Below, one piece after another: positions 37,598 through 46,322 of a DNA stretch of 64,000 nt. The notes beneath the pieces were generated by a model. The model had not been told where the DNA came from. It saw only the letters and a list, made by a program, of their open reading frames with translations, and made no database searches. Position 1 is the first letter of the stretch. Each line of letters begins with the position of its first letter. The DNA is from Candidatus Anstonellaceae archaeon (GTDB taxonomy: Archaea > Micrarchaeota > Micrarchaeia > Anstonellales > Anstonellaceae), in NCBI GenBank assembly GCA_038891055.1, contig JAWAEU010000006.1, forward strand, positions 974 through 64,973. The letters are read 5' to 3'. The position numbers and the translations under genes are program-made.

Positions 37598-39106
37598 TCA
37601 AAATGTCTTGTATTTATTTAAGGCATCCAAAGTTGCCTTATATAGAGAGTAATTAAATAATGGATCCTCGACTGCTCCGCTGCTTTGATTTACTAAATGA
37701 TTTATAAAATCATCCACACCTCTATTACCTGTTTTCAAGGCCGTCTCTCTTTTTGTAATTATGGTCAAAAGATCTTGTGTAAGACCTTTTCCTAATTGAA
37801 CAATAGTAGTTAATGCCCAAATTCCTAGTTCTTTTTTCCCTTCAGCTCCTTTATTTTGATTTAGGTTTTCAAGTTGTTTGTTTACTAAAGCTCCTATTTC
37901 TCTAACTGATTGATCTACTACTGAGTTAAGAATAGCGCCTCCCCCTACAGCAGCAGTATTTTTTAGATCTTTAACAAACTCTTTTGTAAAAAGGTTTTTA
38001 AAAAATGGGCCCTTTGTAAAAGGAGCCCTTGGAGTAAACTTTGACTTTCTTGGAGTAACCACAAAAGCAACCATATTAACCAGTCCTTTTATGCCTGCAA
38101 TTGTTCCAATATCTTTTGCTTTTTGTGTTATACTATTCTCTTCTTCGCCATCACTTTTTAATAATTTAAAACCACTAGAAATGGGATCCTTCAGCAAGCC
38201 CTGTGCTAAACCAATATATTTATTGACAGTAGGTGGTAATGATGAATTAGCAGTAGATTTTTTAGTATCCTCAAGAGGATTAGAATTAGAAGTATTAGAA
38301 TCTGATGTGGTTTGTTGATTTGATTGTGTGGCAGCTTCTTTAGAATCATTTTTTTTACCTCTCATAATATCTTTAGAATTCTTTATGTCCTCTGTAGCTT
38401 TGTCGGCTGAATCTACGACAGCCGTTGCAGTTTTTAAAACATTATTAATTTTACTTTCATTATCTTTTTGTTTTGACATGGGAGAATAATATAGCGTAGA
38501 AGAAAAATGCCTCGAGGGTAGATTTCTAGCAACTCCAAAATCAAAGAACATCAAAGGATTTCTACCCATAATAAAATTAGCTAAAAATATAATACCTGCA
38601 ATTATAGTGGAAAACCAACACAAATTAAAAGTTGCGTTTTGCTTTCTTGGTGTACAGAATTTTAACTGAGTAAATGACTTTGTATAGTTTTGAGAATAAT
38701 CTTGAGGTAAATTAGAGGGGAGAGAAGAGCGGCAGTAATTTTTTTGTAATGAAGGAGAGCTAGCGAGTGGTACAAATTCAGCCGAGAGAACATAACAAGT
38801 CTGAGCTGAAACATCAAGTTCAACTGCTGCTCTTCCTTCCTCATTAGTTACAACATAGCAAGAGAATCTTGAATCGTCAGATTCACTTTTTAGAGTTAGA
38901 AGAATAAAACCATGTTTTATTGGAATAGTTGGACCTACCAAAGAATCTCCTTTATTTTCTGCAAAAAGGTTTAAGTATACCTTTACCTTATCTCCATCCA
39001 ATTCATAATAAGATCTAATAAAAGAAGAATCGAGGGGGGGTTGGCATACTTGAGAAAAACTAAAATAAATAAAAAATAATAAAAATATCACCCCAACTTT
39101 TTGCAT
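37598..39106 (-). CDS. Signal peptide, extracellular domain, TM helix and cytoplasmic tail; first gene of the operon
   Basis: MQKVGVIFLLFFIYFSFS signal; four Cys in the ectodomain; TM WFSTIIAGIIFLANFIM followed by GRNPLMFFDF; S/T/N/K-rich tail. Confidence 0.7.
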   Translation of the reverse strand: MQKVGVIFLLFFIYFSFSQVCQPPLDSSFIRSYYELDGDKVKVYLNLFAENKGDSLVGPTIPIKHGFILLTLKSESDDSRFSCYVVTNEEGRAAVELDVSAQTCYVLSAEFVPLASSPSLQKNYCRSSLPSNLPQDYSQNYTKSFTQLKFCTPRKQNATFNLCWFSTIIAGIIFLANFIMGRNPLMFFDFGVARNLPSRHFSSTLYYSPMSKQKDNESKINNVLKTATAVVDSADKATEDIKNSKDIMRGKKNDSKEAATQSNQQTTSDSNTSNSNPLEDTKKSTANSSLPPTVNKYIGLAQGLLKDPISSGFKLLKSDGEEENSITQKAKDIGTIAGIKGLVNMVAFVVTPRKSKFTPRAPFTKGPFFKNLFTKEFVKDLKNTAAVGGGAILNSVVDQSVREIGALVNKQLENLNQNKGAEGKKELGIWALTTIVQLGKGLTQDLLTIITKRETALKTGNRGVDDFINHLVNQSSGAVEDPLFNYSLYKATLDALNKYKTF

Positions 39107-39213
39107 AACTATCTTATAAGGACAATATTTTTAAATTTTTTTTAGAATAAAAACTTTGCAAAAGTTTAAAAGGAAAATAAATTAAAATTTTTTAGCTCTG
39201 AATTTTAATTAGT

Positions 39214-39322
39214 GGCCAAGATGGTGTAACGGCAGCACAAGGGATTGTGGAAGCCCTATGCTAAAATATTAGCAAAATGCTGCAAAACTCCCTTAGTCTG
39301 GGTTCAAATCCCAGTCTTGGCC
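39214..39322 (+). tRNA. tRNA-His(GUG) with a 37-nt intron (39251-39287) at 37/38 and a genome-encoded G-1
   Basis: Acceptor stem GCCAAGA/TCTTGGC plus C73; D arm GTGT..GCAC; anticodon stem AGGGA/TCCCT; T loop TTCAAAT; BHB helix TTGT/GCAA with bulges GGA and AAC; CCA not encoded. Confidence 0.93.
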
Positions 39323-39659
39323 CTAATTTTCATTTTTAGCTAAATTGGAAGTAAAAATTAAAAATAATTTTTTAGAATAAGAAAAAGGAGAGGCATTTGA
39401 AATAAAAAAAGTAGAATTTTCTAAAAGTTGTTCTTTGACCTAGCTTTTTTATTAATAGTTTTTGCTTCCCAATCAAACACTAAAGTGTTGTAATTATTTT
39501 TTTAGATACGCCAAACAATTTTAGAGTCTTTTTTATAACTCGACAAATAATGGGAAAAAATTTTTAACTAAATTATCTAGAGGCTAAAAAATGTTCCATT
39601 TTGGCTAGAGATAAAGTAAGTAAAAAATTTTATTAATTTATGTTTTTATAAATAGTAAT

Positions 39660-41066
39660 ATGTGGTATAAACAGATAAAAAAATTGCCAGAGGTTAAATT
39701 AAATTCTCTAAAGCCAAGTGGTAGATATGAGCCAAATGTTCAGAAGGCAAAAAGATTAGGACTAAGATATAGGCCCTGGAGAGAAATTGGGGAGCATTGG
39801 CTTGCAAATCCTGGAATTAATAGACCATATCCTTCTTTTTGGAGAGAAGGGGGAAAATTTTATAGGGAAATTAAAGAGCTAGTAGAACAGGATTCAAAAC
39901 ACAATATACAAAAAATTGTTGAACTTCAAAATAGAGCTATTGAGGAGGTAAGATATAAAATAAAAGAAATTTTAGAAATAGATAAGAGTTATAAAATAAT
40001 TTTTGATTCCAATGGCTCAGTTTTATGTTCTACAATTGCAAAAATTTTTAAAAACCCTCAGAAAATCTCTCTAACCTTTTCTGACCAAGGAAGGTTGGTA
40101 TATTCAGCCATAGGGTTAGAAACAAAAACAATTTCAAAATTCGTTTCAAATTTTGAGCAGCCCATAGGATTGTTTGAAGCTCCCCCTCCAAAGAAAAAAA
40201 TAAACTGCAAATCACCGCTCTCAAAAAATGTAAATGTAATAAATATATTCAACCTCGACAATACATATAAATCAGATGCGCAAATTATCTTAGAATATGA
40301 AAGAAAAATTAGGGACAAAAAAATAGATTTCGTTTTATTACTTCACGTATCTAGAACTGGAAGAATATTACCCATAGAGGATTTAATAGCCATCACTAAA
40401 AGATATAGACCAGATTTAGTTGTTTTTGTAGATGGAGCACAGGCGATAGGAAGAATAAGTTATGAAAAAATAAAAAAAATTATTGAGTTAGCTGATTGTT
40501 ATTTGATTGTTGGGCATAAAGCACTTGGGGGAGCAATTAGTTCAGCAAGCATAATAAAAGAAAATGTAAGTAAAATAATAACAAACAAAATAAAACAAGC
40601 TCCTTTTTATAATTTGAAATTATTTCAGTTTGAAGAGCCACAACAAAACCTCATAATTCTAAATAGAGCCTTTGAAGAAAATAGACCATATTGGTTTGTC
40701 TCTGCCCCAGAACTTCTAACTCTTGTGGCTGCATTAGAGGATAACAAACAAAAATTTTGGGAATATCAAAAAGAGATTTGCACATATAAAGAGAGGTTAT
40801 TAAAATTCCTTGGAAATAAACCAGGAGTATATCTAAATGTTAATAGAGTTAATTGTGTAGATGACATAATATCATTTCATCTTGAAACCCCTCAGCAAGC
40901 AATTTTTTTAAAAGAGAAATTACAAAGCCTCAATCCCCCCATCACTATAGGACCACTAACGGAGAACTATGCAATCAGAATAGGAATAGAGCCAAAACTT
41001 CCAAATCTAAAAAAAACAATTCAATATTTTGAAGAAAGTTTAGCTAAAATTCTAAACTTTTATTAA
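39660..41066 (+). CDS. PLP-dependent fold-type-I enzyme (aminotransferase class V-like)
   Basis: HVSRTGRILPI, VFVDGAQAIG, VGHKALGG (PLP lysine). Confidence 0.75.
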   Translation: MWYKQIKKLPEVKLNSLKPSGRYEPNVQKAKRLGLRYRPWREIGEHWLANPGINRPYPSFWREGGKFYREIKELVEQDSKHNIQKIVELQNRAIEEVRYKIKEILEIDKSYKIIFDSNGSVLCSTIAKIFKNPQKISLTFSDQGRLVYSAIGLETKTISKFVSNFEQPIGLFEAPPPKKKINCKSPLSKNVNVINIFNLDNTYKSDAQIILEYERKIRDKKIDFVLLLHVSRTGRILPIEDLIAITKRYRPDLVVFVDGAQAIGRISYEKIKKIIELADCYLIVGHKALGGAISSASIIKENVSKIITNKIKQAPFYNLKLFQFEEPQQNLIILNRAFEENRPYWFVSAPELLTLVAALEDNKQKFWEYQKEICTYKERLLKFLGNKPGVYLNVNRVNCVDDIISFHLETPQQAIFLKEKLQSLNPPITIGPLTENYAIRIGIEPKLPNLKKTIQYFEESLAKILNFY

Positions 41067-41714
41067 AAAAGTATCTAAAAAAATTCTTTTTCCGTCTCTT
41101 TTTTGCCCAACTAACTTGGAAGTCCTAACAAACTTTATTTTGTTTCTGGAAAAAAGCAAAACGAGCTCTTCTTTTTTATCTACATATAGATTTTTCCCTT
41201 CTTTTAATTCCTGGACTTTGAAAATTTTGATATTTTCCTGATCTAAAAGTTTTTTTAAAAATAAATAAAACTCTTGAATTTTAAGAGAGTCGCCTCTTAA
41301 TTGAATTATAGAACTATAAGATTTAGATTTCTCTTTACAGTTTTTGCAAAGTAAATCCTCAAACCCTAAATTTAAAATTAACTCATAAACTTTATCTTCT
41401 ATTTTTAGTTTTAAAATATTTTTTTCTAATTTTTCTATTGAAATTTTTTTAAAAATAGAGGGGGGTAAATTTAGTTTTTCTAACAAAAAAAATAAAAATT
41501 TTTTATTATTTTTTTCTACCCATAAAAAATCTTTATTGTTGTTGTAAAAAATCTTGAATTTGTTACATTGAGTACATCTTTTTATTCTAATTTTTTTTAA
41601 ATGAATTGAATTAAAAAAGTTTTCTAAAAAATGTTCTAAACAAAAATCATTTTCAAAATTATAAGCAGAGCTATCCTTACCACACTTTGGGCAGCATTTT
41701 TGGATTTTTTGCAC
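41052..41714 (-). CDS. NMD3-family ribosome biogenesis protein
   Basis: Start moved to GTG 41714; CPKCG, C.QC, CKNC Zn knuckles, IIQLRG, KLVGQKRDGK. Confidence 0.8.
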   Translation of the reverse strand: MQKIQKCCPKCGKDSSAYNFENDFCLEHFLENFFNSIHLKKIRIKRCTQCNKFKIFYNNNKDFLWVEKNNKKFLFFLLEKLNLPPSIFKKISIEKLEKNILKLKIEDKVYELILNLGFEDLLCKNCKEKSKSYSSIIQLRGDSLKIQEFYLFLKKLLDQENIKIFKVQELKEGKNLYVDKKEELVLLFSRNKIKFVRTSKLVGQKRDGKRIFLDTFLIKV

Positions 41715-41766
41715 TATAAAATAAAAGACAAAAGCATTTAAAATAATTAAGCTGCAAAATTTAGAT

Positions 41767-41973
41767 ATGACTGATGAAGCAAAAACAGAACTTAGATTTT
41801 TGGCTCTAGAGTTAACAAAAATAGCTAGAAAAGATAAAGTTTCTTTTGAAAAAGTTGCTAGAGAGTATATTAAAAACGTTTTTAAATTAGAAGAAATTAT
41901 TATGGAAAGTGTTAGAAAAGCAGAAAAGAAGAAAAACATGGTCCAAAAAGGAAAAAAGCTAAATTTTAGATGA
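41767..41973 (+). CDS. Small hypothetical helical protein
   Basis: 68 aa with natural-looking composition; 12 bp upstream of the DUF2070 gene; divergent from NMD3. Confidence 0.6.
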   Translation: MTDEAKTELRFLALELTKIARKDKVSFEKVAREYIKNVFKLEEIIMESVRKAEKKKNMVQKGKKLNFR

Positions 41974-41985
41974 TAATAGATTGTT

Positions 41986-43761
41986 ATGGAAGCTGCAAAA
42001 CAAACAATTGGAATTACAAAATATTTTTTATCTCTTCCCCCTGCCTCTAATATAATTCTCTATATTATTATTCTCTCCCTTTTTGCAGGATTATTAATAA
42101 ATTACATAACAAACAAAAATTTTGAACTCAATTCACTTTTTTATACAATTGGATTATCTTTTATTAGTTTTATTTTTCCAACCATTTTTTCTGCGGCTAT
42201 ATTGAAGATATTTAGAAAAAAAATAAAAACAAACCAAGCACTATTTCTCTCTTTTTTATCTTTAGTAGTGTATATTTTTTTTATTATATTAACTTATCTA
42301 TTTTATGAAATTGCTGGAGAAATCTCTTATAATTTTATTTTCATTGGTTTTGGTTTTTCTTTTCTAATTTGGTTTTTAGTACTAAATTTAATTTTTGGGC
42401 TTAAGAGATCCTGCTTTATTTTCTCATTAGTTCAACTACTAGTTTTCTTTTTTTCTTTTAGTTTTGGTTTTTCTTTTCTACAAATGAACGAACAACAAAC
42501 AATAATAAAAATAATTATTTCTCTTCTATCCATTTTTTTAGTTGGGTACTTACTTTTGTATTTGATATCTAGGCCTCTTAAGAAAAATTTGAAAGTAAGC
42601 TCTAGTGAAATGATTGGAATGTTTTTTTCTCAATGGCTTTATAAAGAAAATGATATGGAAGAGGCACTGGACGAATTGGGCCAAGAGGTAAAAACCTGGA
42701 TAGCAGTTGCCTCGTTTAAAACTCCAACCAAATATATACATTTTATTGTCCCATATTTTCATTTTGGCCCATTTGGAAGTTTGGGAGGTAGTGAATTTTC
42801 TTATAAAATCGAAGAAATTCTAAAAACATATAAGGACTATATCGTAGTTTTTCATGGAACTGCTACACATTCTTTGGATCCTGTGAGTTCCAAATCTCTC
42901 TGGGAGATTGCACAAAAAATAAAGCAAATGATTGGTAATATAAAATATAAGCCTGCTTACTTTAGTTTTAAAAAACAAAAATACCAAACAACAACTTGTT
43001 ATCTATTTGAAATAAATGATTCTAAAATAGCTGCTTTTAGTAGAGCCCCACATTCCACAGAAGACATAAATTTAGCAATAGGCTGGGCATTGATGGAAAA
43101 AATGAAAAGAAAAGCAAAAGAAGCTGTGGTTATTGACTGCCATAATAGTGAAACTCAAGAGATAGAATACGTTGAGCCTGGCTCTCCCATTGCTTTTGAG
43201 ATGGAGAGAGCATTAGAAAAATGTTTGAAACAGAGATCTCTTTTTGCAAAGTTAAGAATAGGAATTTCCACAGTCTATCCAGAAATTCAAGGAATTGCTA
43301 GTGGGGGAATAAAGGCAATTTGTCTTGAAGGAGAAAATCGGCAAAAAATCTTTTTAATTGTGATTGATTCTAATTCTATTCTTCCACAACTGAGGGAAAA
43401 AATAATAGATAAAATTAAAAAAGAAATTAAAAATATTTTAGCCGTAGAAGTTTTTACTACAGACACACATCAACTTAATACAGTGTCTGGAGTTTTCAAT
43501 ACACCAGCTAATGATGAAAAAGAACAAAATAAGATTATAGAGATTTGTCTAAAACTTTCACGAGAAGCACAAGAAAATTTAGAATATACAGAATTTGGAA
43601 TAAAAAAGGAAGAGATAGACCTAAAAGTAATTGGACCATACCAAACAATAGAAATAGTGACCACAATAAACTCAGTTTTAGCTATATTAAAGATTTTATT
43701 ACCTGCAATGGTAATAGGAGCGATTATTTTTCTAATTTGGTTTTTAAATAAAATAACCTAA
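41986..43761 (+). CDS. DUF2070-family membrane protein
   Basis: N-terminal multi-TM region; P.FHFGPFG..GGS, FHGTATH, DCHN, D.N, TTDTH; C-terminal TM. Confidence 0.8.
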   Translation: MEAAKQTIGITKYFLSLPPASNIILYIIILSLFAGLLINYITNKNFELNSLFYTIGLSFISFIFPTIFSAAILKIFRKKIKTNQALFLSFLSLVVYIFFIILTYLFYEIAGEISYNFIFIGFGFSFLIWFLVLNLIFGLKRSCFIFSLVQLLVFFFSFSFGFSFLQMNEQQTIIKIIISLLSIFLVGYLLLYLISRPLKKNLKVSSSEMIGMFFSQWLYKENDMEEALDELGQEVKTWIAVASFKTPTKYIHFIVPYFHFGPFGSLGGSEFSYKIEEILKTYKDYIVVFHGTATHSLDPVSSKSLWEIAQKIKQMIGNIKYKPAYFSFKKQKYQTTTCYLFEINDSKIAAFSRAPHSTEDINLAIGWALMEKMKRKAKEAVVIDCHNSETQEIEYVEPGSPIAFEMERALEKCLKQRSLFAKLRIGISTVYPEIQGIASGGIKAICLEGENRQKIFLIVIDSNSILPQLREKIIDKIKKEIKNILAVEVFTTDTHQLNTVSGVFNTPANDEKEQNKIIEICLKLSREAQENLEYTEFGIKKEEIDLKVIGPYQTIEIVTTINSVLAILKILLPAMVIGAIIFLIWFLNKIT

Positions 43762-44726
43762 CTTTTGATTTGTTCAAAAAATAGATTTTTTGCTAGTTCC
43801 AATGCGGCAGTGCAATTCTCTATTTTAGGGCCAGATGCACAGGCAGCTAATGAATGCCCACCTCCATCTCCACCTAAAAGCACTCCAACTTCTTTTACTA
43901 TTTTGACTAAATCCACACTAAAGAGATTTCTTTTATGCATTCTTGCACTTATAATACAAAATTTATTTGTAGAAGCTATGAATGCTACATCTGCACCTAT
44001 TTTAATTAAGCTTTCTGCAATTAGCCCCGAATAAATTTTAGATGAACCACTTGCAACAATATACCCATTTTCATGATAGAAGTTTATTGATGAAAGTGAT
44101 TTTAAAATCTCCAATCTCTTTTTAAATGGATAGGGTACATAGAGAGGCTGGCAAACCTCTTGAAAATCTAAATCATATTTTTTTAGTAATTTGTGAAGTA
44201 CATAAAAAGTGTCTGATGAAGAATTAATTAACTTAGCAGAATCTGCTACTATTGCTAAAATTAAAAGAGAAGCTACTTTTTCAGAGGGCATAAAAAGTTT
44301 TGCAACTAATTCTGAAGTTGAGCTTGCCTCTGGCCAAACAAAATAATTTTTTGCTTTTATAGAATTTTGGCTTAAGGCGTGATGGTCTATTAAAAAATCT
44401 GCTTCCTCCACATTATTTAAAAGAAGATTTTTTTCATTACAATCTACAACTATTATTGGAGCGTTGGGATACAACTCTATTGCCTTTGAAAATTTCATAA
44501 ATTTTGAATAATAATCCTTTATTAAATTTTTTACATCAGATTGTACAGTATCCTGCATTGCTATTATAGAACTTTTTCCTAATAATTCTGAAAGTGCAAT
44601 AGAGCTTGCGCAACTATCCAAATCACCAAAAGAATGAAAAGTAATAATAGACCTTTTTCCAATTAAAGAAAAGAGGTTTTTTCTAAAGCTTTTTGAAGGC
44701 AGCCTCGAGTATAAAACCTTTTTCAT
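43758..44726 (-). CDS. DHH/DHHA1 phosphoesterase
   Basis: FH..GDLDS, VVD, IDHH, AIVADS, GG.GGGH..AA. Confidence 0.88.
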   Translation of the reverse strand: MKKVLYSRLPSKSFRKNLFSLIGKRSIITFHSFGDLDSCASSIALSELLGKSSIIAMQDTVQSDVKNLIKDYYSKFMKFSKAIELYPNAPIIVVDCNEKNLLLNNVEEADFLIDHHALSQNSIKAKNYFVWPEASSTSELVAKLFMPSEKVASLLILAIVADSAKLINSSSDTFYVLHKLLKKYDLDFQEVCQPLYVPYPFKKRLEILKSLSSINFYHENGYIVASGSSKIYSGLIAESLIKIGADVAFIASTNKFCIISARMHKRNLFSVDLVKIVKEVGVLLGGDGGGHSLAACASGPKIENCTAALELAKNLFFEQIKS

Positions 44727-44728
44727 GT

Positions 44729-45085
44729 TTAGACAGACTTTTGAGTAGCAACAGAGCTCTCAAGAATTTGTCTTAATTCTTCAAATCTTTGTCTTAGAGA
44801 TTCTTTTTGTTTTTGTATAGATTTTAGCCGAGTTTGATAAACCTCAAGTTTTTCTTCCACTTCCTCAGTAGCACTTTTTTTATCTACTTCAATCATTAAA
44901 TGGCCAACTGCTTTATAGATAGAGCCTGAAGTTTTTTTTAGCTCTTCTTGTGCCTCTTTTAGCTCATCTAATAAAAAATTTAGTTGTTGCTCTTGTGCGT
45001 CTAATATTTGGAGTTGTTGGCCAACTTTTTGAAATTCATTGATTTGCACTTGCAACTTCATAGGATCTCTAATAGCTTCTGCCAT
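44729..45085 (-). CDS. pfdB: Prefoldin beta subunit
   Basis: Coiled coil with IYKAVG.LMIE hairpin; position in the exosome superoperon; ATG 45085 after GGTGA. Confidence 0.9.
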   Translation of the reverse strand: MAEAIRDPMKLQVQINEFQKVGQQLQILDAQEQQLNFLLDELKEAQEELKKTSGSIYKAVGHLMIEVDKKSATEEVEEKLEVYQTRLKSIQKQKESLRQRFEELRQILESSVATQKSV

Positions 45086-45109
45086 AACAAATTCACCTAC
45101 CATACACAA

Positions 45110-45334
45110 TTAAATATTATCGTTAAGGTTTATTAATAAAAGCATTAGCCTGTTGGCTGCCAAAAGAGCTTTATTTTTTCTTATTTTAGTACCTCCCCTT
45201 TTTGTTTGTTTTATTTTAAACTCTATATTATTATTTTTTAAGCGTGGTTCAATTAAAATGTTTCTTTTTTCTAAATAAGAAAGATGTTTTTTTATTATTC
45301 TATGAATTATTTTAAATGTTTTTTTATCTATCAT
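45110..45334 (-). CDS. Probable divergent Pcc1 (KEOPS subunit)
   Basis: Size and the position between Brix and pfdB match the usual Pcc1 slot; sequence similarity is weak by eye. Confidence 0.4.
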   Translation of the reverse strand: MIDKKTFKIIHRIIKKHLSYLEKRNILIEPRLKNNNIEFKIKQTKRGGTKIRKNKALLAANRLMLLLINLNDNI

Positions 45335-45816
45335 TTTACTCCCTCTTGAATACTAAAATTAAATGAAAGAGTTTCCTTTTTATTATAAAAAAATGTGGCC
45401 AAATTTTTTGAAACTTTTATTAAAAAATTATTTGGAATTAAAATCTCTGCAAGTGGTTCAGAATTTAATTCTAAAAACCGCAGAAGCTCTTTTTTTCCTA
45501 TTGATTCTATTTTTATTGGGGGGAGAAAGGAAACTTTTTCACTACTAAATTTCAAATTCCACAACAAAAGAAATTTTTTGTCCCACTCAAAAATATCAAG
45601 TTTTGGATTATAAAAATATTTTTTAATAACAAATTTTTTATCTAAAACTCCAAATACCCCAACGCTGGACTCGTACTTTTTTAATGCCAAAGTAGATAAA
45701 TCCTCTAAAGACCTATTTTTTCTTGAGGAAAAACTTAAACCCCATACTGCTTTTGAAAACTTTTTGGCTATTTTTTTATATTCACTTTTTAAATTCTTAG
45801 AAGTAGTTAAAAGCAT
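45331..45816 (-). CDS. Brix/Imp4-like ribosome biogenesis protein
   Basis: MLLTTS, R..RSL.DL; superoperon position after rpoP. Confidence 0.6.
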   Translation of the reverse strand: MLLTTSKNLKSEYKKIAKKFSKAVWGLSFSSRKNRSLEDLSTLALKKYESSVGVFGVLDKKFVIKKYFYNPKLDIFEWDKKFLLLWNLKFSSEKVSFLPPIKIESIGKKELLRFLELNSEPLAEILIPNNFLIKVSKNLATFFYNKKETLSFNFSIQEGVK

Positions 45817-45817
45817 T

Positions 45818-45949
45818 TTAATCTGTAGAAACTTCTTTTGCTATAGGCGGCCTTTGTTTGAATAAAATCCTATAACCACACTCTGGACAGCGAATATATC
45901 TCTCATCAAGCTTTTTTATAACTGCCTTACATTTTCCACAAACATACAT
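45818..45949 (-). CDS. rpoP: RNA polymerase subunit P (Rpo12); absent from the ORF track
   Basis: Hand translation MYVCGKCKAVIKKLDERYIRCPECGYRILFKQRPPIAKEVSTD. Confidence 0.93.
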   Translation of the reverse strand: MYVCGKCKAVIKKLDERYIRCPECGYRILFKQRPPIAKEVSTD

Positions 45950-45954
45950 AAAAA

Positions 45955-46197
45955 TCACTTGTTAAATTTCTCTTTATATTCCTTTAGCATTCTATCAAAA
46001 ATTTCCCCTGCCGAAGTAGTTGGGGAGTAAGCCCCACCAGCATATATAAAACCAGCATAGGATTTCCATAAGGCAAATGAGAGGCGTTTTAGTTTTTTTC
46101 CACTCTTTGGGCAGGTGTAAGTTGAAGTCTTATCTTTTTTAATTTTATTATAAAGCTTTCTTAAACTTGCTCCAAATTTTACTAATGAATTTGCCAT
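45955..46197 (-). CDS. rpl37ae: 50S ribosomal protein L37Ae (eL43) with a degenerate Zn finger
   Basis: KFGASLRK, YTCP, KR...LW, AGGAY.P.T; ATG 46197. Confidence 0.88.
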   Translation of the reverse strand: MANSLVKFGASLRKLYNKIKKDKTSTYTCPKSGKKLKRLSFALWKSYAGFIYAGGAYSPTTSAGEIFDRMLKEYKEKFNK

Positions 46198-46322
46198 TTT
46201 TAACACCACTAAAATCAAATAAACTAAATAAAATAAAACTACTTATTATATAAATGAAAAAACTATATTTAAATCTTTTCTTTTAACAATTTTTATTTTA
46301 TTGCTATAAGCTTAACTAAAAA

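Noticed and set aside
21345-39322. Membrane operon as an integrated conjugative element or island at tRNA-His
   Set aside because: No integrase, relaxase or ATPase, and no duplicated tRNA 3' fragment was noticed at the far end. The operon lies on the 5' side of the tRNA, and its composition looks like the rest of the window by eye.
39323-39659. Possible pseudogene remnant in the 337-bp gap after the tRNA
   Set aside because: Only short stop-interrupted frames with no recognisable homology; this cannot be supported without a search.
39660-41066. Calling the PLP enzyme a cysteine desulfurase (SufS/IscS)
   Set aside because: No catalytic cysteine loop is visible and there are no suf/isc neighbours.
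41715-41939. Hydrophobic N-terminal extension on NMD3, as given in the ORF track
   Set aside because: It is the antisense shadow of the plus-strand gene 41767-41973; the NMD3 Zn motif begins right after GTG 41714.
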